In this document: positions 17,974-26,790 of the stretch, in pieces
Numbering within the stretch: position 1 is the stretch's first letter
How the letters are laid out: each line of letters opens with the position of its first letter
Source of the DNA: an uncultured Lachnospiraceae bacterium
GTDB lineage: Bacteria > Bacillota > Clostridia > Christensenellales > UBA1242
Assembly: GCA_964600435.1 (NCBI GenBank)
Contig: CAZRJB010000006.1
Coordinates: 3,359 to 67,358 of the forward strand
Direction of reading: 5' to 3'
Length of the DNA stretch: 64,000 nucleotides
Notes under the pieces: generated by a model
Databases searched by the model: none
What the model saw: only the letters and a program-made list of their open reading frames with translations
Told to the model about the DNA's origin: nothing
Program-made: the position numbers and the translations under genes

Positions 17974-19150
17974 GTTTTCTTTCTCCTTTTTTTAATTCAT
18001 CCCAAACAGGGCTGATTTTTCTTAAGTAAGCAACTACGTTTTTTGTTGCTTCAATTGTTTTATCAATCTCTTCTTCGGTTGTGTATTTAGACAGGGTTAA
18101 CCTTAAACTGCCATGGGCAACTTCATGTGCAAGCCCCAATGCCAAAAGAACATGACTAGGGTCAAGCGACCCACTTGTGCAGGCAGACCCGCTTGAAGCA
18201 CAAATGTTTTGTTCGTTTAACAAAAGAAGCAAACTTTCGCCTTCAATTCCTTCAAAACACATGTTAAAGTTGTTTGGGAGCCTGTTTATTAAATTTCCGT
18301 TTATTTTGCTATGCTCAATTTTGCTGAGTTCTTTAAAGAGTTTGTTTCGCAAAAACTCTTCCCTTTTTGCAACTTCAGACATGTTTAAAATGGCATCTTG
18401 CAAGGCGGTTGCCATGCCAACAATGTTTGCAACGTTTTCTGTTCCCGCACGTTTGTTTTTTTCTTGAGCGCCACCAAAAACAAAGTTAAAAAGAGGTGTT
18501 CCTTTTTTGCAAAACAATGCCCCCACTCCCTTTGGAGCATGAAACTTATGCCCAGACATTGAGAGCATGTCAATGTTAAGTTGTTTAACATCAATTGGAA
18601 CATGCCCCACTGCTTGAACTGCGTCTGTGTGAAAAATTATGTTGTTTTCGTGGCAAACTTTGCCAATTTCTTTTATTGGTTGAATTGTGCCAATTTCGTT
18701 GTTTGCAAACATTATGGACACAAAAACAGTGTCGGGCCTTAACTCTTTTTTTAAATCTTCAACCTTAACAATGCCATTTTCGTAAACCGGCAAATATGTT
18801 ATTTCAAAACCTTGTTTTTTTAACTCGTCAAATGCATGCAAAACAGCATGATGCTCAATTTGTGATGTAATGATATGTTTTTTGTTTTTTAAAATGCCGT
18901 ACTTTGCAATGCTTGAAATTGCCCAGTTGTCACTTTCGCTGCCACCAGATGTAAAATATATTTCTTCGGGTTGGGCATTTATGCATTTTGCAATTTGTTC
19001 CCTGGCTGTTTCTAAATGCTCTTTTGCGATTTGACCAGCGGAATGCAAACTGCTTGCATTGCCATATATGTCGCAAAAAAAAGGCATCATTGCTTTTAAA
19101 ACATTTTCAGAAACTTTGGTTGTGCCGGCATTGTCTAGATATATCATCAC
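17963..19150 (-). CDS. nifS: Cysteine desulfurase NifS/IscS
   Basis: 395 aa. The PLP lysine is in SMSGHKFHAPKG and the active-site Cys is in SSGSACTSG. It overlaps nifU by 11 nt. Confidence 0.9.
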   Translation of the reverse strand: MMIYLDNAGTTKVSENVLKAMMPFFCDIYGNASSLHSAGQIAKEHLETAREQIAKCINAQPEEIYFTSGGSESDNWAISSIAKYGILKNKKHIITSQIEHHAVLHAFDELKKQGFEITYLPVYENGIVKVEDLKKELRPDTVFVSIMFANNEIGTIQPIKEIGKVCHENNIIFHTDAVQAVGHVPIDVKQLNIDMLSMSGHKFHAPKGVGALFCKKGTPLFNFVFGGAQEKNKRAGTENVANIVGMATALQDAILNMSEVAKREEFLRNKLFKELSKIEHSKINGNLINRLPNNFNMCFEGIEGESLLLLLNEQNICASSGSACTSGSLDPSHVLLALGLAHEVAHGSLRLTLSKYTTEEEIDKTIEATKNVVAYLRKISPVWDELKKGERKHAI

Positions 19151-19189
19151 TTTTTGCTCCTTTAATTCCTACTAAATTAGTATGATTTG

Positions 19190-19218
19190 ATTATATTAGA
19201 TTATTGTCAAATTGTCAA
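19190..19218 (-). promoter_or_regulatory. nifSU promoter
   Basis: On the minus strand: TTGACA (19213..19218), a 17-nt spacer, then TATAAT (19190..19195). Confidence 0.65.
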
Positions 19219-19298
19219 TGTTTTTACATTAAATTTAAGCAAAAAGATAAATAAAAAATGCAAAACAGATTTCTGCTCGCATTTTTTTTGTTATGATT

Positions 19299-20069
19299 TT
19301 AATCAATTTTAACTTTAAATTTGACCATTATTGTTTGGTTTGGCAAAAGAGTTCCCAGCAAAAACCCTGAATTTGGATTAAAACCTTGCTTTGTTTCTGT
19401 GTCCACTGTTACGCTGTTTTCCACAAAACTTGTTCCTTCTGGTATGGTGTCGGAAAAAAACACTTCTGTGTTGGTCAATGTTCCTGAATTTGAAATTTCG
19501 ATTGTGTATGTTAATTCATCTCTAGATTTAACTGCTGTTGTGTCGGCATATTTTAATAAAGAAACATCATTGTGCAAAACTTTAATCTCTAAGTCATTTG
19601 ATGTTATGTTAAAAGATTTTGAGTCAAAATTGACGGCAATGGTTGTGTTGTTTTTTATAACATCTTCGTCTAAATATTCCAATAGTTCAATTTCGTATTC
19701 AAAAAACATGTCTGCACCCGAGCCACCAAGTGTAACGGGCAAAGTAAAGCCGGTTATTGGATTAAATTCGTCGTATGTTTGGCTTCCAATTTTTACTGAA
19801 CCTGTAACAAAAACGGCGCCATTTGACAAGGTGTCGGAAACTCTTATGTTTTCTAAATTTTGGTCTGTGTTATTTGTTATTGTTGTTGTAACTTTAACTT
19901 TTCCTTTTGGCAAAGACCAAGACTTTTCAGACGTTTTTTCTACCAAAATGTCGGAATCTATTTTGTTTGTTACAAGGGTGTTGCTTGTGTTTGTTACCTC
20001 AACAACCTCTCCTGTTTCGGCGGTTATTTTTGACGATGTTTGTGCTTTGTTTGAAATTGGCATAACCAT
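19299..20069 (-). CDS. DUF11 (conserved repeat domain) protein, two repeats, no signal peptide
   Basis: There are two DUF11-like units (...TTTITNNTDQNLENIRVSDTLSNGAVFVTGSV... and ...ELTYTIEISNSGTLTNTEVFFSDTIPEGTSFVENSV...). A GAAGGAGA RBS is present. The start may be ATG 20069 or 20063. Confidence 0.65.
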   Translation of the reverse strand: MVMPISNKAQTSSKITAETGEVVEVTNTSNTLVTNKIDSDILVEKTSEKSWSLPKGKVKVTTTITNNTDQNLENIRVSDTLSNGAVFVTGSVKIGSQTYDEFNPITGFTLPVTLGGSGADMFFEYEIELLEYLDEDVIKNNTTIAVNFDSKSFNITSNDLEIKVLHNDVSLLKYADTTAVKSRDELTYTIEISNSGTLTNTEVFFSDTIPEGTSFVENSVTVDTETKQGFNPNSGFLLGTLLPNQTIMVKFKVKID

Positions 20070-20182
20070 TTCTCCTTCTTTTTACATTGTATTGTTTTAA
20101 ACAAAATTTGGTTAATTTGTGAAATAACCATTTTTTTTATGCTTTTTCTAAAAGTTGCATTTGTGCCTGTTGCTAATATAAA

Positions 20183-20212
20183 TTGACTTATGTCGAAAAA
20201 GTGTGATATACT
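20183..20212 (+). promoter_or_regulatory. Promoter of the DHH phosphoesterase gene
   Basis: TTGACT (20183..20188), an 18-nt spacer with TGa, then TATACT (20207..20212). Confidence 0.55.
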
Positions 20213-20244
20213 CCCTTGGTTTATGGCAAAAAAAGGAGAACTTT

Positions 20245-21294
20245 ATGAAGTCGTTGCTTAAGTGCTTTAAGGACATAAAAAAATATGACAACATAGCAAT
20301 TTTTGCTCACATGTCGCCTGATGCCGATGCTCTTGCATCTGCAGTTGCACTAAAAAAATTAATAAAACTAAACCTGCCAGAAAACAATAAAATTATAGAT
20401 TTGTTTTTTGATTACGATGAACTTAGTGACATTAACGGCGCCATTGTTAAGGGTGTTGTTCACAACTATCAACGTTGTCACAACTACGATTTAGCAATTG
20501 CTCTCGATTGTGCTTCGCTTTCTAGATTGGGTAAATATAAAGACTTGTTTTTAAATTGCAAAAACAAAATAAACTTTGACCATCATGCAACCAACGAAAA
20601 TTATGCAAACAACAACATTGTTTTAAAAACATCTTCAACATGTGAAGGTATATATTTGGTTTGTAAAAATAATAATCTTGTTGTTTCTGACGATGTTTGT
20701 AGTTTAATATATTCTGGAATTATAACCGACACAAACAATTTAACGCAAGGGACCATCACCATTCAAACTCATAAAATAATAACTGAATTTTTAGAGCGAA
20801 AAATTGATTTGGATGCATTAAACGAACATTTTTTTAAAAACAATACAAAATCTAAGGCAATGCTTTTAAAAAAAGCGCTAGATTCTTTAAGGTTTTTTTC
20901 TAAAGATAGAATTGCCATAATGAAGTTAACAAAAGATAATCTTTCCAGTTGTGAGGCAACCAAAGAAGATACTTTAGGAATTGTAAATCACGGAATTGAA
21001 ATTAAAGGAGTTGACATTGCTGTTTTGGCAATCCGCCAGGCTGATAACTCGTTTTATGTTAGTTTAAGAGGTAAAAACAATGTTGACGTTGCCAAAATTG
21101 CTGTTGAAATGGGTGGCGGCGGACATACACAAATTGCTGCTTTTCAGTGGAACGGGTTATATTCTCAAATGTTGGAAAAACTTTTAAGCGTGTGCAAAAC
21201 AGAACTAGAAAATCATCCACACGTTTTAATGGAAGATTTGTTTGTTGGAGATGATGAAGATGAAATTTCAACAACCAACCAATATAAAATTTAA
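20245..21294 (+). CDS. nrnA: DHH/DHHA1 phosphoesterase, NrnA-like
   Basis: The start at 20245 is preceded by AAGGAGA. Motifs are HMSPDADALAS, DHH (NFDHHATN) and DHHA1 GGGGH. Confidence 0.75.
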   Translation: MKSLLKCFKDIKKYDNIAIFAHMSPDADALASAVALKKLIKLNLPENNKIIDLFFDYDELSDINGAIVKGVVHNYQRCHNYDLAIALDCASLSRLGKYKDLFLNCKNKINFDHHATNENYANNNIVLKTSSTCEGIYLVCKNNNLVVSDDVCSLIYSGIITDTNNLTQGTITIQTHKIITEFLERKIDLDALNEHFFKNNTKSKAMLLKKALDSLRFFSKDRIAIMKLTKDNLSSCEATKEDTLGIVNHGIEIKGVDIAVLAIRQADNSFYVSLRGKNNVDVAKIAVEMGGGGHTQIAAFQWNGLYSQMLEKLLSVCKTELENHPHVLMEDLFVGDDEDEISTTNQYKI

Positions 21295-21424
21295 TAAAAT
21301 TCAAAACAAAATTGAAAAATATGCAAACTGGTTATTAACAAAATGCAAACCTGGTTTTTGTGAACAAAGTAAAATTGCATATTTGATATAGACATATTAT
21401 TTAGATAAAAATAAAAAAATTTTT

Positions 21425-21463
21425 AAGACAAACAAAGTTTTTAAATTTTGTTTGTCTTTTTTT
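21425..21463 (+). terminator. Terminator after the nrnA-like gene
   Basis: 12-bp stem AAGACAAACAAA / TTTGTTTGTCTT followed by a T-run. Confidence 0.8.
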
Positions 21464-21466
21464 AGG

Positions 21467-21494
21467 CATGCAAGAACGAAGCGAATGAAATGAG
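21467..21494 (+). repeat. 28-nt conserved box, copy 1 (shared with 44408..44435)
   Basis: CATGCAAGAACGAAGCGAATGAAATGAG here versus CATGCAAGAACAAAGCAAATAAAATGAG at the other locus. The only differences are three G/A transitions. Both copies start immediately after a terminator T-run. Confidence 0.7.
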
Positions 21495-21663
21495 CGTTTC
21501 TTTCCATATTGCATTTTCGAGAATATTTTTTACAACGCAACCGTTAAAAAAGAAAAACTAACAAAAAATTACTAAAAATGTTAAAAAAATCAAAAAAAAC
21601 AAGCAATATTTCTACATTTTTAATATTTTTATAGGCAAAATATTATTCAAAGGAGAAAAATCA

Positions 21664-22377
21664 ATGAATAAAAAAATTAAAAATATTGCAATTGTTCTAT
21701 GCTTGGCTTTATTCTTTTCTTTTTGCTTTTTAATCAAAAATAATGTTTTTGCAGACGAGTCGCCATGTTTGGTTATTTGTTCCGGCACGGCAAAAATTGA
21801 AGTTGTTGCTGACCATGCAGTTTTAAGTTTCAATTGCAATGTGTCGTCCGAACAATTCGATAACGGTCAAAATGCAATAAACAATCTTTTTGTTGAAGCA
21901 AATTCAAAAGTTAAAAAGTTGGATGAAAACAATTTGGCATATATAACCTACACATCTTGCCACCCATTTTATCAAGACTCTTTAAAAGGATATAAATTTT
22001 CAATAAGTTTTGATGTTAAAACCAGCAATTTAAATAGTGTTAATGACATAATAAAAGAGATTGGTGAATTGGATAATGTAAGTTTTTATGGGGTTAACTA
22101 CGAATTGTCTGATTTGCAAAATGTTTATCTTGATGCATTAACAAAGGCAAAAGAAGATGCAATAAAAAAAGCACAAGTTTTTAACTCTGGTTTAAAACTA
22201 AATGCAATTTTAAAATCTGACATTTATTCTTATTCGTGCGGTGAAGCAGGAAAAATTTGTGTTGAGTCAACAGTTAAAGGAATTTTTATAGATTCTGATT
22301 GTGGAAAATCTGATTCTTCAAATCAAAATTTACCCGAGCAACAAGAAAGTGCAAAATCTGTTACAAATTATATTTGA
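21664..22377 (+). CDS. SIMPL/DUF541-like secreted protein
   Basis: It has a signal peptide. GTAKIEVVADHAVLSF... and the C-terminal DALTKAKEDAIKKAQVF pattern are typical of the SIMPL family. It ends in TGA. Confidence 0.6.
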   Translation: MNKKIKNIAIVLCLALFFSFCFLIKNNVFADESPCLVICSGTAKIEVVADHAVLSFNCNVSSEQFDNGQNAINNLFVEANSKVKKLDENNLAYITYTSCHPFYQDSLKGYKFSISFDVKTSNLNSVNDIIKEIGELDNVSFYGVNYELSDLQNVYLDALTKAKEDAIKKAQVFNSGLKLNAILKSDIYSYSCGEAGKICVESTVKGIFIDSDCGKSDSSNQNLPEQQESAKSVTNYI

Positions 22378-22384
22378 TTGTTGG

Positions 22385-22585
22385 TTAATCTTTATATTTT
22401 TCAAATAAATCGTTTGGTGAACATTCCAAAATATTGCAGAGAGTTTCTAAATTAGAAAACTTTATGCTTGTTGTTTGGTTGTTTACCAATTTATTAAAAT
22501 TTTGATAACTTAACCCCATTTGGTTATAAAGCCAATATTTTGTTTTGTTCTTTTCTTTTAGTATGTCTAAAATTCTTAGTTTCAT
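22385..22585 (-). CDS. Small XRE/Cro-type HTH regulator (66 aa)
   Basis: MKLRILDILKEKNKTKYWLYNQMGLSYQNFNKLVNNQTTSIKFSNLETLCNILECSPNDLF. The longer 89-aa ORF would run across the divergent consensus promoter, so the internal ATG at 22585 is preferred. Confidence 0.7.
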   Translation of the reverse strand: MKLRILDILKEKNKTKYWLYNQMGLSYQNFNKLVNNQTTSIKFSNLETLCNILECSPNDLFEKYKD

Positions 22586-22633
22586 ATTTATATCCTTACC
22601 AATATTTTTTATTATTATAAAAAGAAAAAAAGT

Positions 22634-22662
22634 TTGACATATAGATTTACACATTATATAAT
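22634..22662 (+). promoter_or_regulatory. Consensus promoter facing the LRR gene
   Basis: TTGACA (22634..22639), a 17-nt spacer, then TATAAT (22657..22662). This implies a ~185-nt leader before ATG 22855. Confidence 0.6.
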
Positions 22663-22854
22663 GTAGACATTAGATGTTTTTTATACCTATCAAATTTGGC
22701 GAGTGGCTTTATTGAACATCTAAATAACAAATAGGTAAAAATTGAAAAAATTGTTTAAAGTTTTTGGAGTTTTCAAAAGCTTTTTTTAGGAAACTTGGTT
22801 GGTGTGTATAACAATTAATTTTTACTAAAACAAAAAAAATAATGGGGGTAAAAT

Positions 22855-25554
22855 ATGAAAAAAAGGAAACTGAATATTTTTCTTTTAACATCAGCATTGT
22901 GTTTATGCTTTTCAATTATGGGGTTTGGGATTTATGCTTCAAAACAAGCAAGTTTGACAACTTCTGGAACAGTGGGGTTTAATGCTCACAATTGCGAAGT
23001 TGCAATTGTGGGAACAATTGAAAATGCAATGCGTGGTAAAGAATTAAATTATGTGGTTGTTGAGAACAATTCCTATTCAAATCAAGGTGCAAACAATAAT
23101 GAAACGTGGCAAGATAAGTTTGATAAAGGGACGGAACAAGATGGAACATTAAAAATTTTGTCTACAAATTCTGTTGATATTTGGAATTTTGGTGATATAT
23201 ATTTTGATGATTGGAATAATGAGGATGATATTATAAAGTCAATTATTATAACTTTAGAAATAACAAACTATTCTGATTTTATGGTAAAAGCAAACTTATC
23301 TGTTCCAACATTAGACAACATTTCTACCAGTGGCTCAACTTTAGAAATTATAATTCCAAAAAAATCTGGAACCACGGCACAAACAGGAGTTTTGCAATTG
23401 TGTTTAACATTGGTTGATGAAAATGTTGAATTTGTAACGTCTAATTTGGACTTGCGAGTTGACATTGCAAAATATATAACAGACACTTCATCTGTGGATT
23501 TTAATGGCTATGTTTCAAACGGTAAATTTATTATTAATTCTGTGCCTAGTGGGAGTGGTCAACTGATTATTCCTAGCACAATAATTAAAAATGATAAAGT
23601 GTATTCTGTAGATTCGATTGAAGGGGTAAAAACAAATTCTTGTGCAAAAAATATAAATACATATTCTACTGTGATTATTGAAGAAGGTATAAAAAGTGTT
23701 GGAGATTCCGCATTTTACGGATGTTCATCTTTAAATTCTATTGTTTTTCCAGATAGTTTGGAAAGGGTTGAATATATGAGTTTCTTTCAAACAACTGGTT
23801 TAAAGTCGGTTAATCTCAACAAACTTAAATATTTAGGAAGTCAATCTTTTGCTCTTACCGGGATTGTTGACCTAGAAATCCCAGACACAATTGATGTTTT
23901 GGGAGTAGGTGCGTTTAGGCAATCTTCTGTAAAAACTGTTAAAATCTATTCTCCATCTTACACATATGAGTCGGCTGTTTTAAAAGGGGAATCAATGACT
24001 TCGCTAATCTTCTATGCTTGCAAAAGTCTAGAAACTGTTCAATATATCTCAGACAAAGTTTGTTCTTACTCTGTTGGTTTTAGAGAATATGATGCATGTA
24101 CAAAATTAAAAAGTGTTACAATATGTGACGGCTTAGAATATTTAGATTATCGTTCGTTTTGGGGCTGCACAAGTTTGCAAAGTATTAATTTGCCAGAAGG
24201 GTTAACCGAAATTGGGCAATATGCATTTAAAGGTTGCACAAGTTTGCAAAATATTAAAATTCCAACAACATGCAAAAGTGTGTTAAGACAGGCATTTGCA
24301 AATTGCACTGCATTAATAAATGTGGAAATCCCATCCACACTAGAAAACATTATGATGTTTGCTTTTTTCAGTACCCCTTTTTCAAATAATAATGTAAACA
24401 CTCCAAAACCATGTTATGACGACTCTAGCAAATATTATTTAACCAAAATTAGCACTGACATTGCAGACACAACAACAATCGATAATTATGAAAAAGTAAG
24501 TATTTTGCTTAGCGGTGCTTCAAATGCTTATTGGTCAAATGGTTGGGAAGATTTTGGTACTAATTCAACTTTAACAAATTTGAGTTTTCCTAATTGTGAA
24601 GTTATTGGTGGGTATTCATTCATTTTGTGTGATAAGTTAAAATCTTTTGATTTGCCAAAATTAAAATATATGGGGGCGGGTTCATTTCATAGTTGCAATC
24701 ACCTGGATGTTGTTTTGCCTAAGAATTTAATTTTTATTGGAAACCAAGCATTTTCAAAAGTAGATGCAGGGGCTGGCACAACTAAAATTACGATTCCTGC
24801 AACAACTGTTCAAATAGGTGGTGAATATTTTGTTGGTGATAATGAAGAAAATGAAATAATTGGTACACATGTTTTTTATAGATGTGTTGACGCTACTTTA
24901 AAAAGTTTTGAAGTAGAAGAAGGAAATCAGCATTTTGTTTCTCATGAAGGTGTGTTATACACAAAAAACTATAAATATTTAATTGCTTATCCACCTTTAA
25001 AAGAGTCTACCGATTATGTTATGCCTGAAGGTTGCATAGATTGCTTTGAAATGGCATTTGGAAGAACAACAGTTCTTAAAAATTTAACTTTGCCAAATTC
25101 TTTTATTATTATTGATGGTCGTAATAGAGAATATAAGTATTCTTATCATCTAGGCACAAGAGATAACATTATGGCGGGATTGTATCATTCTAATGTTATT
25201 GAAAATCTTTATGTTAAAGATGACAATCCAAACTATGTTTCAATTAATGGCATGCTGTACACTAAAGACGGCAAAGAATTCTTGGCAAAAGCTCCATATA
25301 AATTTAGATATGGAACAATGGTATTTGCAGACTCTTGTGAGCGTTTGGATTATGATGCTTGCATTTTTGCAAGTGGAGATGGGCAAATTAATGGTATTTG
25401 GTTTGGCGGTGGACCTAGTAAAATAATTTTAGGCGAAAATATAAAATATATTAGCGATATTATGCTATTAAGATTAAATGAATCAAGTTATACAACAAGA
25501 GAAAGTAATTCTCCGTATTTTAATGTTGTTGATAATGTTTATGTTAGGGTATAA
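22855..25554 (+). CDS. Secreted BspA-type leucine-rich-repeat (LRR_5) protein
   Basis: 899 aa with a signal peptide. Repeated units resemble GDSAFYGCSSLNSIVFPDSLERV and YAFKGCTSLQNIKIPTTCKSV. I saw no C-terminal anchor. Confidence 0.8.
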   Translation: MKKRKLNIFLLTSALCLCFSIMGFGIYASKQASLTTSGTVGFNAHNCEVAIVGTIENAMRGKELNYVVVENNSYSNQGANNNETWQDKFDKGTEQDGTLKILSTNSVDIWNFGDIYFDDWNNEDDIIKSIIITLEITNYSDFMVKANLSVPTLDNISTSGSTLEIIIPKKSGTTAQTGVLQLCLTLVDENVEFVTSNLDLRVDIAKYITDTSSVDFNGYVSNGKFIINSVPSGSGQLIIPSTIIKNDKVYSVDSIEGVKTNSCAKNINTYSTVIIEEGIKSVGDSAFYGCSSLNSIVFPDSLERVEYMSFFQTTGLKSVNLNKLKYLGSQSFALTGIVDLEIPDTIDVLGVGAFRQSSVKTVKIYSPSYTYESAVLKGESMTSLIFYACKSLETVQYISDKVCSYSVGFREYDACTKLKSVTICDGLEYLDYRSFWGCTSLQSINLPEGLTEIGQYAFKGCTSLQNIKIPTTCKSVLRQAFANCTALINVEIPSTLENIMMFAFFSTPFSNNNVNTPKPCYDDSSKYYLTKISTDIADTTTIDNYEKVSILLSGASNAYWSNGWEDFGTNSTLTNLSFPNCEVIGGYSFILCDKLKSFDLPKLKYMGAGSFHSCNHLDVVLPKNLIFIGNQAFSKVDAGAGTTKITIPATTVQIGGEYFVGDNEENEIIGTHVFYRCVDATLKSFEVEEGNQHFVSHEGVLYTKNYKYLIAYPPLKESTDYVMPEGCIDCFEMAFGRTTVLKNLTLPNSFIIIDGRNREYKYSYHLGTRDNIMAGLYHSNVIENLYVKDDNPNYVSINGMLYTKDGKEFLAKAPYKFRYGTMVFADSCERLDYDACIFASGDGQINGIWFGGGPSKIILGENIKYISDIMLLRLNESSYTTRESNSPYFNVVDNVYVRV

Positions 25555-25634
25555 ACAATAATTTGTGTCTTTTTTAACATTTTGTGGAGATGTGGCATAG
25601 AGTGTTTTAGAAACAAAAAAATAGGAGGCACAAA

Positions 25635-25931
25635 ATGGCTAAAATTTGGGGTAATTGTAGTTGTGGAGATATTCCTAAACCATTTAATACATCTTCGGTA
25701 AGCACAACAGGCCAAAGAGGCCCAACAGGTCCAACGGGGCCAACAGGCCCAACTGGTCCAACTGGTGAGGATGGCTTGGATGGTTTGGATGGGGAAACAC
25801 CAACATTAACAATTGGAACTGTAACCACAGGTGACCCAGGAACACAAGCAGCTGCTAGCATAACTGGAACACCACCAAACTATGTGTTAAACTTGACAAT
25901 TCCACAAGGACCAACTGGAAGTACGGGCTAA
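25635..25931 (+). CDS. Small collagen-like (G-X-Y) protein
   Basis: 98 aa with an AGGAGG RBS. It contains ten consecutive G-X-Y triplets (GQRGPTGPTGPTGPTGPTGEDGLDGLDGET). The C-terminus is PTLTIGTVTTGDPGT...LNLTIPQGPTGSTG. Confidence 0.75.
   Translation: MAKIWGNCSCGDIPKPFNTSSVSTTGQRGPTGPTGPTGPTGPTGEDGLDGLDGETPTLTIGTVTTGDPGTQAAASITGTPPNYVLNLTIPQGPTGSTG
25710..25799 (+). repeat. G-X-Y coding tract including 5 tandem 9-nt GGN-CCA-ACN units
   Basis: ggcccaaca ggtccaacg gggccaaca ggcccaact ggtccaact. This is a locally GC-rich island in an AT-rich genome. Confidence 0.85.
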
Positions 25932-26148
25932 AACAAGCACAGCATTTAAAATTTAACAAAGTTAAATTTTGCCATTTGTTGTACAAATGGCAGTTTGCAA
26001 AAAGTTTACAAACAAATGCTGTGAATGCTGGAACAAGCAGTGATAAAATCCAAACCGCAAAAGGCGTGTTTGGGTTTTATTTAGTTGGTCGAAAAAAATT
26101 ATTAAAATAACCTTTGTATTTTTTGATAAAATAGATTAATATGTAATC

Positions 26149-26634
26149 ATGGAAATTAAATTGTTAGAAAAAAGTGATATAAACATTATAAAAAATCTTT
26201 ATAATGATATAAGAAATAACACATACACAATTTGGGAAAATGATTATCCTAGTAAAGAATTAATTAATTGGGATATAGAAAGAAAAGGTTTGTGGGGAGT
26301 TTTTGAAAATGACAATTTGATTGCTATAGGTTTTGCTGGCGAAAGATGTGAAGATTCAGAAGAAAATTTTCCTTGGAAAGAATCGTTTATAAGGCGAGGG
26401 ACTTTTGCTAGAATTGGAGTGTCGCCTAAATATCAAAATCAAGGTGTTGGAACTTTTTTGGTTGAGTATGTTTTGACGAAATTAAAAGACCAAGGGTTTG
26501 ATGGTGTAAGAATTATGGTTGGTGCTAAAAACATAAATGCAAAAAAGCTATATTTAAAGTTTGGTTTTAAAAATTGTGGAAAAGTTGAGCGATTTGGTCA
26601 AGAATATTTCTTGTTTGAATTAAGATTGATTTAA
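26149..26634 (+). CDS. GNAT family N-acetyltransferase
   Basis: 161 aa with motif A QNQGVGTFLVEYVL. Confidence 0.75.
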   Translation: MEIKLLEKSDINIIKNLYNDIRNNTYTIWENDYPSKELINWDIERKGLWGVFENDNLIAIGFAGERCEDSEENFPWKESFIRRGTFARIGVSPKYQNQGVGTFLVEYVLTKLKDQGFDGVRIMVGAKNINAKKLYLKFGFKNCGKVERFGQEYFLFELRLI

Positions 26635-26790
26635 AAAACAAATTTTTTAATTTTGTCTTATGTATGAATTAACTAATTTGTTAATGGTAAAATTCCGAAA
26701 AATAATTAACAAAATGGTTTAAATAAGCAAAAAACCTCAGTTTTTGATTTAAAACTAAGGTTTTTAATTTTTTTATAACAAAATTTTGTG

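Noticed and set aside
19321-20100. 259-aa plus-strand ORF mirroring almost exactly the DUF11 gene on the minus strand
   Set aside because: It has no RBS, and its translation is low-complexity (V/S/F-rich) with no recognisable motif. The minus-strand ORF has an RBS and DUF11-like repeats. This looks like a typical antisense shadow ORF.
25607-25861. 84-aa minus-strand ORF rich in GP/VGP opposite the collagen-like gene
   Set aside because: It is the antisense reading of the GGN-CCA-ACN repeats. The plus-strand ORF has a strong AGGAGG RBS and a proper G-X-Y register.
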